Origin: Pseudogymnoascus verrucosus
Lineage: Eukaryota
DNA length: 64,000 bases
NCBI GenBank assembly: GCA_001662655.1
Contig: KV460228.1
Strand: one strand, 5' to 3'
Positions 60,388 through 64,000 of the stretch are shown one piece after another; positions within the stretch are counted from its first letter, which is position 1; each line of letters starts with the position of its first letter. A model generated the notes under the pieces. The model ran no database searches, was not told where the DNA came from, and worked only from the letters and a program-made list of their open reading frames with translations. Made by a program: the position numbers and the translations under genes.

Positions 60388-63179
60388 TTAAAATACGAAC
60401 ACCGACTGCGTCAACGGCAACTCCGTCGAAGGCTCAGCCGTGCAATGCACGCCATCCGCCTCGACCCTATAATTCTCCGGATCGACATGAATCTTCGGCA
60501 TCTCATAATTATGCTTCATATCCTTCTTCCTGACCGTCCTGCACCCCTTCACAGCCTCCACGCGCTTCTTCAAACCATACGACTCGATGTTACCGCAGTC
60601 AATAGACGCCTGGGAAACAAAGAGCACAGATGTGGAAGGAACGTGGGGCGCGAACATAGGACGCCCGATAACGGGCTGCACGGTCGAGATGGACGCGTTG
60701 GGGTCGCCCTGGTGATGGTTAGTAAGGAAGGAGCGATGGAGGGGGGTATGGCGTGGTTGCACTTACCATCATAGAATAACTAATTAGACCGCTCTTGACG
60801 ACCATTGTTGGCTTTGTGCCAAACCACGCTGGATCCCAGATCACAAGATCTGCTAACTTGCCCACCTCGACGCTACCGAGGAGGTGGCTCATCCCTTGGG
60901 CAAGAGCAGGGTTAATCGTATATTTGCTGACATATCTCTTTACTCTAAAGTTATCGGCATCTGTTCCCTCATCCTCCTTCAAAAAGCCGCGTTGGACTTT
61001 GTTCTTATGAGCCGTGTTCCAGGTTCTGAGAACGACCTCTCCACAGCGACCCATGGCCTGCGAATCTGAGGACATCATGCTGATAGCCCCCATATCGTGC
61101 AGTACATCCTCTGCTGCGATCGTTTCAGCGCGAATCCGCGACTCTGCAAACGCAATATCTTCCGGAATATTCTTGCTAAGATGGTGGCAAACCATAACCA
61201 TGTCCAGATGCTCATCCAAGGTGTTCCTCGTGAACGGCCTCGTTGGGTTGGTGGAACTAGGTAGGACGTTGTCGTACTCAACTACACTGATGATATCGGG
61301 GGCGTGTCCGCCGCCCGCACCTTCAGTGTGGTAAGTGTGGATAGCGCGATCCTTGAACGCAGCAATGGTAGATTCCACAAAGCCAGACTCGTTAAGGGTA
61401 TCGGTATGGATCAAACATTGGACGTCGTACTCGTCGCACACGGTAAGGCAAGAGTCGATCGCAGCCGGAGTGCAACCCCAATCCTCATGGAGCTTAAGAC
61501 CACAAGCGCCCGCTTCAACTTGTTCACGAAGAGCCTTTGGATCGCTGTCGTTTCCTTTACCAGTGATACCGTAGTTCAGTGGCATCGCGTCCAAAGCCTG
61601 CAACATATCGCGCATGTTGTTCTTCCCTGGCGTGCAAGTCGTCGCGGTCGTGGCAGCTGTCGGCCCAGTGCCGCCTCCAAGAAGCGTGGTGACTCCAGTT
61701 GCCATGCACTCAGAAGCCTGCTGAGGGCAGATGTAGTGAATGTGGGTATCAATTCCTCCGGCTGTGACGATCATCCCTTCGCCGGCCATAACATCCGTGC
61801 AGGAACCGACAATCATTCCCTCCGTGACTCCGTTCATCACATCGGGACTGCCTGCCTTCCCAATGCCAGAGATGAATCCGTTCTTGATGCCGATATCTGC
61901 CTTATAAATACCACTCCAATCAACAATAAGGGCATTGATGATGACAAGATCTAATGAATCTTCATCAGACTCGCCAGTGGCTTGGCCCATACCGTCTCGC
62001 AGAGTTTTGCCGCCGCCGAACTTGCATTCGTCGCCATATGATGTCAGGTCTTTCTCTACCTTTATCCACAAGTCCGTGTCGCCGAGTCTGATCTTGTCGC
62101 CCACAGTGGGACCAAACATGCTTGCATATACAGATCTATCAAGCTCGAAGGGCTTGATGTGAGCCGCGTCGCCTGCAGGCTCGAGAATGTTTCTAAAGTT
62201 TCCGGCTTCAATGTTCTTCAAGATCTCATCTGTGCGAGACAAATCGAAGACTCCCGAAGCGATGTTATTGCCGCCGCGTACAATTTTGCGTCCTGCAATC
62301 TCTACTAGAGTCACTGTCTTCTCGTCGCCTGCCTCAAAACGGATGGATGTTCCTGCGGCTATGTCCAACCGATATCCGTAGGATCGTATGCGATCGAATT
62401 CGAGATGGGGGTTCGTCTCGATAAAGTGGTAGTGTGATCCGACCTGTGGCGCGGTTAGCATTTTAGGTTAAGGGCCATTGACTCTTCTTATTACCTGTAC
62501 TGGTCGATCACCATGGTTTGTGACCTTGAGCTGGATCCTCTTCCGCCCTTTATTGATCGCGATCTTTCCTTTGACAGCGATGACTGCGCCAGGCATCTTC
62601 TCAGCCGTGCATTCCTCATCTTCTGGTACTTTGAATAGGTCCGCGTCGGGGATTGGGAGGAAACTTCCATAGAGCGCCTTGTTCAAGTCTCCATCATCGC
62701 TGCTAATTGGGGTCTGGACGGTAACGAGGTAGGTTCCCTGGGGAAAGGTGCCTTCGACCTGGATCTGCTTCAAGGTCGACACAACAGCAGGCAGCACATG
62801 TCGCCGCCCCAGCATCGTCGTGCCAATCGACATGAGATCCGCGACATTGTGGTTGCCATCGCGAATGAGCTGTGCGGTCAATTAATATCCGAGATCCACC
62901 ACACTACGGCGGCAAAAAAAAACACATACCTCTTGGAGATTGTTGGCAATAAGAGCCTGAGCGGTGTGTAACGTCAGTGCAAAGTCTCATATTCTGGTCT
63001 CGCGGCTCTACTTACACACGCTTCAGAATGGTTCAGTCTGACACCTCGCGCGAGTCGACGCTGGGCCAGCAACCCCAGCTGCGAGATAACGAGCTTGTCG
63101 ATCTGACAGCTGTTAGCAGACGTGTTATGAGGCCAGTTCCTGGCGATGCATCACTTACTTCGCGTGGAATTAAGTGCAT
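60388..63179 (-). CDS. URE1: Urease (fused gamma-beta-alpha subunits), 6 exons
   Basis: Start [60 protein letters not shown] and SSDSQAMGR. Confidence 0.98.
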
Positions 63180-64000
63180 CTTCGACTGAGCAGCACAGCA
63201 GCTCCGCAAATTCGAGGTATTTAGATCAAAGATAGGTACGAGGCTATGAAGCTATCACAGATTTGGTTCCCAAAGAAGTTCAATTCGTCTGGCGGAAGAT
63301 GGGGAACAAGAGCTAGAGAAGACTCCACTGTGCTATGTCATAGCTCCGCTCCGCCTAAACGTTGGTGGGGGGGACGGGCGATAAGGAATGACAGGGATGG
63401 GGATAACCACTTTCCAGTCCTGCCACCATGTTTTTAGTGTGCACGACCCAAAAAAAAGGCTTATAATCGGGAATCGGGAGACACAAAGCCACACCACGCG
63501 TTCCTTGTGCAACCATGGGAATCCCTATAGGGTAAAAACAGTTATCATTTTCCGAATTATCCTATCTCTTCCCCTGGATTTCCGAGGACTTTGACTGGTT
63601 TTTTGTACGCTGCATGTATGTACAGTACATCTTTTCCCATTAGAATCCCTACCATCCCCCTCAACTCTCATACAGTATGTACCTGTCCAGTCTGTACACC
63701 GTGCTTGCTATGCGCTTCGCTCCGGAATGTCCCCAGGTGTCAAACCCTCCAAACCGGTCGATGCCGCTCGCTCCCAATAATCTACCTACCAAACCCAACC
63801 CTGCGCTCCAAAGATAAGTGCAAAACACCCCACAGACCCGTCTGTACCTCGAGTTTGCAGTAAAGACTGGTATCGCAAATTGAATAACTCGCTGTAAATC
63901 CTCCATCTGGTATCATGCGCCGTTTCAATCAAGACATAACCGTAAAACATCACTATAGTAATTATATGTACCGGCAAACTTATCAGAGTGTCGGGAACAC

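Overview
Genomic DNA from a filamentous ascomycete (Pezizomycotina-type genes with short GT-AG introns carrying CTAAC/CTGAC branch points). The first ~14.4 kb has no convincing protein-coding gene and is rich in simple repeats. The rest contains: a 1.2k-aa low-complexity hypothetical protein, porphobilinogen deaminase (HEM3), a non-mobile rvt-class reverse transcriptase interrupted by one in-frame TAA, a beta-lactamase-fold serine hydrolase, a DUF3429 mitochondrial protein, VPS13, tRNA-Ile(AAT), a GPI-type secreted protein, a SET-domain methyltransferase, a PTH11-like membrane protein, a purple acid phosphatase, a RIP-mutated Tc1/IS630 (DD34E) transposon, an OTT_1508-like deaminase-MYND fusion gene, an MFS transporter, a six-exon secreted Cys-containing protein that the ORF track misses, and urease. 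Two things stand out. (1) An apparently intact deaminase-MYND gene is bracketed by ~120-bp diverged direct repeats, one of which abuts the start of the RIP-killed transposase, which suggests transposon-associated cargo. (2) The rvt gene has a single nonsense codon and a Cpc1/Gcn4-like site just upstream of its TATA box. Family assignments come from motif recognition and manual splicing only; no database searches were run.
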